Source: a virus (lineage: Duplodnaviria; Caudoviricetes). Taken from it: 64,000 nucleotides of DNA. Positions 46,901 through 57,300 of this stretch are shown here, in pieces (positions within the stretch are counted from its first letter, which is position 1; every line of letters begins with the position of its first letter). The stretch lies in the IMG/VR virus record IMGVR_UViG_3300042460_000519, positions 1,638-65,637 of that record; one strand, 5' to 3'. Under the pieces are notes generated by a model. The model had not been told where the DNA came from, searched no databases, and saw only the letters and a list, made by a program, of their open reading frames with translations. The position numbers and the translations under genes were made by a program.

Positions 46901-48628
46901 AATGGTGAAAAGAATTTAACAGTGTATGGTAATTTAAAAATTCCTAATCAATATATAGATCTTTTAGGAGATCCAAAAGCTAAAGGTAAAAAGTTTAAAA
47001 ACTATATAGCTGAAATTTCTAAAGATGAAGATAAAATAAGTAAAGGGATAGAAGATTCTACAAATAAACTTAATGCATTGAATGTACAAAATTCATTTGA
47101 TAAATTAAAATTAACTTCTTTACAAGCTAATATACAAGGAGCTAATATGAAACTTAAAGATATAGCTGACAAGAAAATAAATGCAGCTCATTTACAAAAT
47201 GCTATTAATGAAACAGCAGAAGAAAATGGTTTAGTTGCTGATGATCTTGCAAGAGGTAAAGTGAAAGTTAATGAAGAGGCTATGCAAGAATATGCTGAAT
47301 ATGGTAAGACAATCAAAAAAGCTAAAGATGGTGACAAAATCAAAGGTGATAAAATGACAGTCAAAGAAGCTATTGCAAAAGGATATAAATTAGAAGCTGA
47401 TGGTAAATATCACTTAAGAACTAAATCAGAAGATATACCTGAAAAAGAAACAAAAGTGGGTGAAGCAATGGCAGAAATTCCTAAAGGACAAAAACAAACT
47501 ACATCAGGAACATGGGGCAAAGTGACACCAGAACAATATGAACAATTTAAAAAAGATAATTCCTCTTGGTTTGACTTTACTAACTTTGATCCTAAGAAAA
47601 AAGATGATGTAAAATATTTCCAAAGAAGATTTAATGAAGAAGCTGCAAAAACTGGATCAACTGCAAAGGTATTTGTAGATGGTGATCTTGGAGAGCAAAC
47701 TGTCACTGCAAGAATAAAAGCTGCTAAACAAAAAGATCCATCTGTAGCTACAGATAAAGTGGCAGATATATACGAAGAAGATAAAGTGTATGATGAAAAT
47801 GCTAAAAAAAGAAATCCTTGGATAGATGCTGTAGGACAAGTACTTCCTTTTATTAGACCTTCAAATCAAGAAGCATTTGATCAATCTCAAATTTATCCAG
47901 AAATTAGTTCAATTGTAAATAATCGATTAGAACCTGTACAAGCACAAGGTTACCAACCTGATCTTGGCACACCATATGATATTTCTTTACAAGATCAATT
48001 AAATGCTAACCAAGCAGATTTTGATTCTATAAAAAGACTATATGCAAATAATCCATTTGCTCTTGCACAATTTGCTGCTCAGAAATATGCTGCTAATGAG
48101 AAAGTTCTTGGAGATCAATTTAGAATGAATCAAGCTGAACGTTCTCGCGTATATGATAATAACAGAGACATTCTTAATGAGGCTAAGCTTAAGAACTTAG
48201 ATATATTTGATAGACAGTATACAAGACAGGAACAAGCTAAGAGTAATACAAAAGCTGTTGCACAAGCTGCATTAAATTCTATCACTGATAAATATGCTAA
48301 ACATAAACTTCAGAATAGAGAACTTGGTATATATGAAAACTTATACAATTATAGATATTCTCCATCAGGAAAAGCTATAAACATGAATGCTCCTTGGCAA
48401 GCTAACCTTCCTAACATGTATGATAAAGGTAGCAGAACTGCTAACATGCGTAAGGTGTATGACGAACAAGGAAACTTTTTACGCTTTGAGCCTATTGAAG
48501 AAACTACAACAGTTACTGACGAAACATTAGATGCTGCAGGTAAAACTCCTGGTATTGGTGATAAAAAGAATGGTGGTAAAGTGAAAGCTAAAAATGGTTC
48601 TATTGTAAGCGCATACAAAAATTTATAA
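43991..48628 (+). CDS. Large cargo (ejection) protein
   Basis: 1545 aa; Gly/Ala-rich hydrophobic segments, G.SH..G...EVERGE motif, DGDLGEQT peptidoglycan-binding-like motif, repeated xxGG motifs. Confidence 0.65.
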   Translation: MKAQFLKIAKCKTDKEFYKKYPTEAAFFKAHPEAKTSIKKAQLGAYIGGDTMKPAKPINYQDIYDDLDKQLTGSTERERLEMAAKQAAIAAASKSSGGGGGFDMSSMMSMFGGGGEGGGSVGEGIMSSGGFGAIGGGIGGAKYGKRIPKAQVGTDVNGNGIPDYLENIQPQMGPTQNFSAQSFPPLYSPNAQQTGQNSFQSPNAFATPNYGQQFMNNANQTTSGMRGIPQSLPSGIGYTPPQGSESGNGVGGALKALPLVGPIAGAIDAFAEQKKMKGSAEQAMLLSGLALDLSRMRPEQTERKYVQPKDNVIQPGQLARARGVGTNILTRNGGAVRKAQDGTVETPQIDGAPTDWYEEGMDKDTYYGFKKQLDDAGYQAIPKPESVNVRDMQAITEEQPDPNQMSGEQAAAFMEMYNRDQGTSTATFDSKSARDNWVQKTGLPWSEAKRLGYTSGSAKDNNKLLAELNDPRFKKENLRTEAPKKSSQTRTPVQHRDTPTGKLAPIKKPLTLDEYFKGKPKYTKDQGEIRMPDEGTMIDRVGERLANPGQTLASLAKYGELPARGFSKNDKNAYDQVLGVANPFYWGNALVNAKDYVTQGEYKKAAIEAADALPALGKLKYTKYIPFNKGLPPASVRRAGYLGEGAKRLKAAPAKQLPAASPRMLKQPFTPNFVMYEDGGEIQNTYAPGYLYDDLGYEPLNDSNVKQYYHGGGIPRAQGGFSSFMGAGGTDMLNSAVGQGFNNSAGYQMGSAIGNIANVIPGVGPVVGAIAAPILGTIGGALDQAFGDAGKIKKFQAKAKKNTEGAAMNNMAQGIQAGNASVMEDGGWVSNDWQPQVIASFGGLDQQDFYDYAHDGMESLRAGGHIRGEYQPISNRGMEQYAMGGEVKTTWGGHAETISHNPYMPGSGETIMFRGKSHDESDGNGNTGIGVKYGKGGHDSYTDYAEYGTQEADADVEVERGEPAAELQDANGEKNLTVYGNLKIPNQYIDLLGDPKAKGKKFKNYIAEISKDEDKISKGIEDSTNKLNALNVQNSFDKLKLTSLQANIQGANMKLKDIADKKINAAHLQNAINETAEENGLVADDLARGKVKVNEEAMQEYAEYGKTIKKAKDGDKIKGDKMTVKEAIAKGYKLEADGKYHLRTKSEDIPEKETKVGEAMAEIPKGQKQTTSGTWGKVTPEQYEQFKKDNSSWFDFTNFDPKKKDDVKYFQRRFNEEAAKTGSTAKVFVDGDLGEQTVTARIKAAKQKDPSVATDKVADIYEEDKVYDENAKKRNPWIDAVGQVLPFIRPSNQEAFDQSQIYPEISSIVNNRLEPVQAQGYQPDLGTPYDISLQDQLNANQADFDSIKRLYANNPFALAQFAAQKYAANEKVLGDQFRMNQAERSRVYDNNRDILNEAKLKNLDIFDRQYTRQEQAKSNTKAVAQAALNSITDKYAKHKLQNRELGIYENLYNYRYSPSGKAINMNAPWQANLPNMYDKGSRTANMRKVYDEQGNFLRFEPIEETTTVTDETLDAAGKTPGIGDKKNGGKVKAKNGSIVSAYKNL

Positions 48629-48643
48629 CTATTTTAATTATAA
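48623..48643. promoter_or_regulatory. 21-bp palindromic site, copy 4
   Basis: TTATAACTA-TTT-TAATTATAA followed by AGAATT as in copy 3; -7 box TAAATTTG at 48693-700. Confidence 0.65.
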
Positions 48644-48644
48644 A

Positions 48645-48690
48645 GAATTACCAGTATTTATTACAAGTATTGGTAGTTCTAATTTTTTCT
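48645..48690 (+). terminator. Stem-loop, possible terminator
   Basis: GAATTACCAGTATT...AGTATTGGTAGTTC (G-U pairs) followed by TAATTTTTTCT. Confidence 0.5.
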
Positions 48691-48740
48691 ATTAAATTTG
48701 CTAATGGCATGTGATAAGCATGCAATAAAATAAAAAGATT

Positions 48741-51380
48741 ATGGCATCATGGACAGATAATCCTCAATTGCTTACCAATTTTAATCCATATGTATCTCAA
48801 CTTCCTGTTGAGGCAATGGTTAAAGTTGGTATGGAAAAACAAAAACAATATGATGAGGGTGTACAAAAGATACAAACAAATATTGATAACATTGCAGGAC
48901 TTGACATAGTTAAAGACTCAGATAGAGCATATCTACAATCAAAGATAAATCAACTTGGTAATGATACAAGAATATTTGCAATGGCAGATTTTTCTAATGC
49001 ACAGATGGTTAACTCTGTAAATGGAATGACAAACTCTCTTATAAAAGATAACAATATTCAAAATGCTGTAGCTTCTACAGCTAAATTGAGAAAAGAACAA
49101 CAACGAAAAGAAAAGGCAATACAAGATGGTAAATCTTCTCCAGAAAATGAATATGTTTTTAATCTGCAAGCATCTGAATATATAAATAGTTCAGAAGTAG
49201 GAGAATCTTTTAATGGTCAATATATTGAATATAAAGATGTAGATAAGAAGCTTAGAGACTTGCATTCTAAATTAAAAGAAGCAGATTATGAAGTAGATGA
49301 TCCATGGATTAGAGATGCAAAAACAGGTAAAGATATTTATTTTAATCCTGATGGTACGCAATCTTTAGATGCTTCTAAAGGAGGAAAAAGACAATATGAT
49401 CAAGTAATGCTCACTACTAAATTTAAAGGTATAGGGGCAGAAAAAATATTAAATAACTTTTACGATAGTCTTGATGAAACTGATATAAGACAATTAGGAA
49501 TTACAGCACAGTATAAATATAGAGATAAAGATTATACATATTATCAAAATGAAATCATAACAAGCTATGATGAAAAGAAAAAAATATATTCAGATGCTAT
49601 AGTAGATGCTACAGTAATGTTAGAAACTAAACAACTAACTACAGAACAAAAAACAAGTCTTAAAAAACAAATAGAAGAAGCTAGAGCTCTTGTTTATGAA
49701 GGAGGTTTTGACAAGGAGATGCAACAAGATCTTGAAAAAATTGATACAGAGGGAGAAGAGATAGGATATAAAACTAAAATATATACACAAAAGTATTTAA
49801 CTAATCTTGCCAAAGATCTTGATAATGAAACAAAGTCTGTAAAATATAATGATAACCCAGGATTCAAAGCAATAATGAGTGTTAAGCAATTTGAATTTGA
49901 TGTGGCCAAAGAAAGACAAAGAGAAAGAGAGAAGGCAGCAGACTATGCAATAGATTTAAGAGAGCTTGCATTAAAAGAAGAAGAGGCAATAGCAAAAAGA
50001 AAAGAAGCTAAAAAGTTACAACCTATTGTAACTGATGCACCTCTTGAAACAGATTTTACTAAGTTTAGTGTAGAAGATGAAGATTTAACTCTTGCACAGA
50101 TCAATCAAGGTTTAGGTACAGCAAAGCAAAAATTAGCAAGATTATTAAATCCTAATTTTAATGCTAAAGATCCAAGACAAGTAGCAGAAGCAATGAAAAC
50201 AGCTAATGAGGTATATGAAGAGTATTTACAAAATCCTAATGAAATAGATGATAATAATAAAAGAGAACTATTAAAAGAAATTCAAGCATTAAGTAATTCT
50301 AAAAATTTTACAAGTAGAAGAATAGATGCTGCTAAAAAAGCAGGATCAGGTTTTGCTGCTGATGCAGAAAAAGTTATCAATAAACAAAATGGTGTAAGAA
50401 TTGGAAGTACAGTTTACACAGCAAAAGAATTATATGATTTTCAAGATGAAGCTGGTAAATACATTAAGCAATATAATGTTAAAACAGCTGATGGATATGA
50501 CTCAAGATATATGATGACAGATGATATATTAAAAAAATATGAAGGAAAGAAAAAATATCCTATCGCATTAGCTCTATATAAAAGTTATAATAAAAAATCA
50601 TTGTCTCCAGATGAACAAGTGATTGCTAATCAAATTAATATAATAAATAAAAACACTTCTAGAGATGTTAATAAATTAGTAAAAAAACAAAAAGAGGCTG
50701 AATCTAAAACTTTATACGATCTTAGTCCTACAGTACAAGGAATGAAAATTCAAATAAATTCAGAGAATAAAAATGATATAAGTACTATTGAACAAATCAT
50801 AGGATTAAAAACTACACAATATAATGAGCTTGGTTCATTAGATTCTGAAAAACCAGATGACTTTAATATTGATAAGTTAAATGCATTTAATGAAAGTAAA
50901 AGTAAAGGATATACATATGTAAAAAATCCTGATGGAGGAGCAACATTATTGTTAACAGGAGGAGCTGATAATGTAAAAATAAAATTATCTGCAGATGAAT
51001 TTAATCAATGGGTTCCTGAATATTCATATTTAAATCCTATGACAACCCTCACTAAATTTATACAAAGTTCTCCAACAAAAACAACAAATACAAACAATAC
51101 AAAAGATGCTTCCACTGCACAAATATCTGGATATAATCCTTTATTGCCTGGAATAAACAATTCAAGAATAGCTCCAAAAGTTAGAGCTGATATTGAAGGT
51201 AGTAAAAATAATACAGGAAATCCTTTAACTGATTTATTTCAAGTTAGAATTTATTACAAAGCTACAGGAAAAGATTGGGATGATAAAGTTATAAATAGTG
51301 GAGGATATATTAATAGCATGCAGGCTCAAGAATTATTATCTACCATAGGACCAGATACAGTTATTAAATTGTTTAAATAA
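48741..51380 (+). CDS. Cargo (ejection) protein preceding the virion RNAP
   Basis: 879 aa helical protein; FNPYVSQLP N-terminus and synteny. Confidence 0.6.
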   Translation: MASWTDNPQLLTNFNPYVSQLPVEAMVKVGMEKQKQYDEGVQKIQTNIDNIAGLDIVKDSDRAYLQSKINQLGNDTRIFAMADFSNAQMVNSVNGMTNSLIKDNNIQNAVASTAKLRKEQQRKEKAIQDGKSSPENEYVFNLQASEYINSSEVGESFNGQYIEYKDVDKKLRDLHSKLKEADYEVDDPWIRDAKTGKDIYFNPDGTQSLDASKGGKRQYDQVMLTTKFKGIGAEKILNNFYDSLDETDIRQLGITAQYKYRDKDYTYYQNEIITSYDEKKKIYSDAIVDATVMLETKQLTTEQKTSLKKQIEEARALVYEGGFDKEMQQDLEKIDTEGEEIGYKTKIYTQKYLTNLAKDLDNETKSVKYNDNPGFKAIMSVKQFEFDVAKERQREREKAADYAIDLRELALKEEEAIAKRKEAKKLQPIVTDAPLETDFTKFSVEDEDLTLAQINQGLGTAKQKLARLLNPNFNAKDPRQVAEAMKTANEVYEEYLQNPNEIDDNNKRELLKEIQALSNSKNFTSRRIDAAKKAGSGFAADAEKVINKQNGVRIGSTVYTAKELYDFQDEAGKYIKQYNVKTADGYDSRYMMTDDILKKYEGKKKYPIALALYKSYNKKSLSPDEQVIANQINIINKNTSRDVNKLVKKQKEAESKTLYDLSPTVQGMKIQINSENKNDISTIEQIIGLKTTQYNELGSLDSEKPDDFNIDKLNAFNESKSKGYTYVKNPDGGATLLLTGGADNVKIKLSADEFNQWVPEYSYLNPMTTLTKFIQSSPTKTTNTNNTKDASTAQISGYNPLLPGINNSRIAPKVRADIEGSKNNTGNPLTDLFQVRIYYKATGKDWDDKVINSGGYINSMQAQELLSTIGPDTVIKLFK

Positions 51381-51393
51381 ATAAAATAAAAAT

Positions 51394-54300
51394 ATGCCAA
51401 TTTTTGATAATGATCTTATAGATAATGTTTCAAATAGAAACTATGATCAAGAAGATGTAAATATAGGTTCTGGATTAGGTGCTGATAGAGAGATAGATTC
51501 TCAAATAGGACTAGCTATGCCTGGACAATACAATGATTCTTTTAGAGGAATAAGTCCAGAAGAAGCTAGATTTTTTAAAGGATCAACTATTAGAACTCCT
51601 AACTCTCCTTTTGGTATGGTTTCTAAAAGTGAACTTCTTGCTAATCAACGTTATCCATTATATGAAAGAGGTATTAATCTTGAAAATGTATATGGCTTAC
51701 AACAATCAGGACTTTCACAATTAGGAAATGGTCTTATTAAAATGGGAGCATTTGCATTAGGAACATTTGGTCAATCATTTGCTACAATTCCTAATACAAT
51801 ATCTGCTGCAAAAAATCTTAGTTTAAAAGACCTTTCAAATCCTGATGGATATGAAGCATCTATTGATGATTGGATTAAGAATGTAGAAGATTACTTTCCT
51901 AACTATGTAACAGAATATGAAAAGTCAAGAGGACTTGCTACAGCTATTCCTTTTACATATGGGTCAGCAAACTTCTGGGGAGATAAAATTCTAAAGAATT
52001 CAGGATTTATGGTGGGAGCAATTGGAGGTGCTATTGCTCAAGATGCTATAATTGGTGCTGTTACAGAAGGAGTTGGTGCAGTTCCATTAGTTGCTGCTCA
52101 ATTGGGAAGAGCTTCTTTATATTTAAATAAATTATTTGCAGGTACTAATAAAGTTGATAAGGTGTTAGATCTTGCTAGAGCTGCTGGTAAATCTGAAAAA
52201 ACATTATTGAACATTGAAAGACTTGGACAACTTGCTGCTGCCACAAAATTAAATAATGGATTTAGATATGGAATGTCTATATATGGATCTGCGAGAACAG
52301 AAGCAGCTATTGAATCAAGAGAATCTTATAGAACAATAAAGGAACAACTTACAGAACAATATAAAATAGATAACTTTGGTGAAGATCCTACACCAGAAGT
52401 AATTCAACAAATAGAAGATTATGCTACAGATGCTATGAATACTAGATTTGGTATGAACATGGCTCTTCTAACTGTATCTAACTCTGTTCAGTTTGGTAAT
52501 TTATTTAAATCATTTACAGGAGCACAAAAAGGAATTACATCTTCTGCATTAAAAGATTTTGGATCTGCAGGTAAAGTGGGTCTTAAAGAAGGAACTCTTG
52601 ACACATTTGAAAAGAAACTTCCACAAACATTTTCTGGTAAAGCTTGGGAGTTTGCAAAACCAAAAGCAATTAATATATTCACAGAAGGTGTTTATGAAGA
52701 AGGTGGGCAGTTTGCTACACAAAAAGGTGTAGAAGATTATTACACAAGAAAATACAAATCAGGAAAAGAAAGTTGGGACTTTGTAAAAGAAGCAATGGCT
52801 TCTACTTCTAAAGGAATGGCTGAACAATTTGGTTCTTCTGAAGGTATAGAAAGTATGGTGATTGGTGCTATTACAGCTGCTATCACTGGACCTGTTGTAG
52901 ATAGAGTTACAGGTAAATCAAAAGCAGACAATCAAAGACTTAATAGTACACTTAACATATTAAATCAATATGGAATGACAGGTGTGCTTTCTGATAAGTA
53001 TGAAGATACATCAAGAAGTGTTGAGATAGCAAAGCAGATGAATGAAGCTGTTAATTCTGGAAACATATTTAAGTTTAAGAATTTAAAATCTGATATGTTC
53101 TTTGGGTTTGTAAACTCTCGTATTCCTATAGGAATGCATGACGTTACAATTGAACAATTAAATATGTTAAAAGATCTTCCTAAAGAAGAATTTGAAAAAA
53201 CATTTGGTATGGACTTCAATAGTTCAAATCAATCTACAGTGAGTGGGTATGTTGATGCGTTGATAACTAAAGCTAATAACATTAATGACATATCAACATC
53301 TTTAAATTCAACATTTAATAATCCTTACAGTAGAATCATAGATCCTAAGACAGATGATGAAAAAGTTGAGTCATTAAAATATAACATGTTCAATAACTGG
53401 AAAACAGACCTTGCAAATTTTTCATATACTCAACAAGACTCTAATCAAAGAATTGCAGATATACAAACAGCTATATCAAACATAAACCCTCTTCTTACAA
53501 ATGATCTTTTAACATTAACAACAAGTGAAAAAGGATTAAAAGAATTAAGTGATGCATATCAACAAAAAGCAAACTTATTAAGTGAGTCCCTTGCTAATCT
53601 TTCTCCTGCAGAAAGAACAGCTAAACGTGAAGAGATTAAAAAACTTAGAACTCTATCTGAGAAAATAAGCATTGCTTTAAATTCTAATAAAATTGATGAT
53701 GCAAAATTGTTTAATGAATTAATTAATTTTGAATTAGCTGGTCAAGATTTTTCTCAACCTAACAATTTAAGAATAGATCAAAGCACAGGTCTTATAGAAT
53801 ATGCTGAAGATTTAAATAAATTAAATGCTAGAAAAGAACAAGCTGCTACAAGTTTTGAAGATCTTTCTACAGAGAAAGGATTTGATAAATACTTTGCACA
53901 AGAGGAAGAAATTCAGAAAGAAAAAGAAGAACAAGCTGAAACAATAACATCTCCAGATGATGAGAAGTTTGGATTCTTAAATAAGACTGGTAAGAAAGAA
54001 ACAGCAGAAGTTGGTAGAGAATATCAAGTTCCTGGTTTCTCTACTGCTAAAGTTAGAAAAGCTGGTGAGCAGTTTAAAGTGATATCTCCTACAGGTGAAA
54101 TTACTTTTTATGATACACAAATAGAAGCTAAACAGGCTGCTGATGATCTTAACGTAGATTTTGCAGAACTAACTACAGTAAAAGTTATTGGGTTAAATGA
54201 GGATGGTACAATTAAAGTGGAAGACTTAGCTGGTAATATTCAGAATATAAACCCTTCTCTTCTTAAAGGATATGAAAAAATACAAACAGAAGAAGAGAAA

Positions 54301-57300
54301 CTTGCTAAGGATAAAGAAACTCTTGATAAAGAATTAGAAAAATTAGCACCTACAGCAGGTTCTGTACAATCTGTTTCTCCTACACCAGGTGAATTTATTG
54401 GTACAGATAGTAAAGCTAAAGATGTTGATATAGTTTTCTTGGCTACAACATCTCCTTCTGAAGATACAGCAGGTAATGAAGCTAACAATCTTCCTCATAT
54501 AAAAAGAGCTAGAACATTCTTAAATAATTTTAAATTCTTTAAGAATAGAAATAAAATAAAAGCAATCATTGTCACTCCTAGTAACGTAAATGAATTAGGA
54601 CTTGAAGGGCTTATACAATTATCTTATAATAAAAACATCACAGATCCTTTAACAGAAGATGAAACTAATGTTGAAAAGGGATTCATGGCTCAAGTGTTTA
54701 TTATACAAACACCTGAAGGAAACTTTTTTGTTAATGAAAAAGGAGAGAAGTTAAATAAAATAGGAGAAGACTCAGACACTATACTTGATAATGTTGTATT
54801 TCAAACAATGACTTCTGCTAGTTTATTTACAGAAGGAGGATATACAAAAATTAGAAAAGGGCAAGAAGAACAAGCTGACATAGCATTAGAAGCATATAAA
54901 ATATTCAGACAAGAACTGTTTGGACAAACTGGATATACACCTTATCCATTTGCTATATCAAGAGGTATACCAAATCAAAATATAGTTAATGGTGTATATG
55001 AAGACAATCACATGTCTGATATACTTGGACCAAATGCAGATAAAATAATTGCTGAACATAATGGATTGATTGAAGTTGTTACTACTGGACAAGTAGAAAA
55101 CAATGCAGAACTATTATCTTTTCCTGAAGGAACAACATTAATTAGATTTGGTGATTTGTTAGACTTTGCAAATAATAAAGTGTTAACTAACAAACAAGCT
55201 AATAATGTATTCCATGTAATAAATGCAATGGCTAAAGATTTAATTGCTAAATCTAGCACAGCTAAAGCAGGTAAACCTGATTATGGATATATTACATTCT
55301 TAAAGAATGTTTTATATTTTAAATTTAAAGGAAGCCCAACTACTCCTAGTCAAATAAGTATTGACACTGCAACAATGAATTTTAAAATAGGAGATAAATC
55401 TTTTCCTTTTTCTCAAATTGAATCTAGAAAACAAGAATTAATGGATGCTTTACAAGAAGCATTTATTAGTGTAAACAATAAAACTCTAACTGATTTAGGA
55501 ACATCTAAAGAGTTTACAGAATATGTAGCTGACAAAGATGGAAACCTAACAAAGGTTGTATGGCCTAACTATCAATCATTTTTATTAGCTAGTAAAAATC
55601 CTGATGGATCTGCAAGATCTGTAGGAGAAACTCCTTTGATTACACATACAGCTAAACCAACAGATAATACAAATTCATACAAACAAAAGTATTCATATAT
55701 AACAGGTACAGATATTCTTCCATATGATAAAGTTCCTGTCAAAGAAGCTAAACCAGCTCCTACACAAGACAAAAATAAAATTGGAGAATATGAAGTGAAT
55801 ACATCTACTCCTCAAAAGTTTCCTATTAACTCAGGAGATATATTATTTACAGCAACACTATCTCCTGAAGGAGAAGTTGCAGTGGATGTAAAAAGTAACC
55901 AAACAATCTCTGATCTTTCTACAGATCCAGTAAAGATTAAAACTATTGATAGTTCATTAAAGGCAAAGCTGTCTCCTGAAGAAATAGAGCAGTTTGATAA
56001 AACATATTCAAACGAGGAGAAAGCTAAGTTATATTTTAAAGCAGCAATAACACAATCATTAAACAAAACATTAGCAGAACAACAAGCTACTCCTACAGCT
56101 GTAGAAGAACAAGTTGTACAACCAATAGCTCCACCAGAAGTTGTAGCTCAACAAGATATAGAAGCTAAGAAAGCTGATATAGAAAAGAAAGTAAATAGTT
56201 TACCTGATAATTTATTGTTTATAACACATATAACTTCAGAAGGAAATGCTGTAAATATTTTTAATGATAATTTATTAATGCCTGCTGGAGTAAGTTCTAC
56301 TACAGGTATAGTTACTAAAGAACAATTAAAACAAATATTATTTGATTTAGCTGAAGGTAAGTCTCCTCATAGAGGATATTTAGATATGTTTATAGGGGCA
56401 ATTGATAGATTAACTCTTGAAAATACTAATGGAAAAAGTTTACAAGATAAACTAGAAAACTATTTAGATGAAAACTTTATACAAGATGTTGCAAAAACAC
56501 AATTGCCATCTAGTTTAAATATTGGTTATTTTACAGATGGTGTTTTAAATACTAAGTATGATACACAAATAGAAGAAAAACTTGCAGAAGATGCTCCTTA
56601 TGATCCTTCTAAAATAATAAAAGAAGATGATGCTCCTGAGTTTAGAATGGTTGGAGAAGATGATTCGTCTGATAGAATGACAAATTCTGAATTAGAAGCA
56701 TTTAAAGAATGGCATGCTAAGAATGTTCCTTTTATTCCTTTTGAGATATTAGAAAACATTATTAAAAGAGGTAACATAACAGCATGGGGTGTATTTGAAA
56801 ATGGTGTAGCTAAGTTTGTTAGAGGTGGACTAAGAGGTACAGAATATCATGAAATCTTTGAAGCTATATATGCAGACTTCTTAACAGAAACTGAAAAGAA
56901 TAATTTGTTAAATGAATTCAGAAATAAAAAAGGAGAGTTTATAGATAGACAATCAGGTAAGAAAATAGCATACATTGATGCTACAGATAAACAAGCTAAA
57001 GAAAGAATAGCAGATGACTTTGCTGATTTTAGACTTGGTAAACTTCCTGCTAGATCGTTAGGTGAATCTGTACGTAATTTGTTTAAAAGAATTATGGACT
57101 TCTTCAAATCATTTGTAAGTAAACCATCAATGAAAAATGAGTTGTTTAAAGCAATTGATTCTGGTAAGTTTAAAGAAACAAAATTATCTGAGAGAGCGAA
57201 AGCATTATCTCCAGAATATAGAGCAATACAAGGACTTACAGAAGAACAAACTAACAACTATATCAATGATATGGTATTTCAAGTTAGTCGTATCATATTT

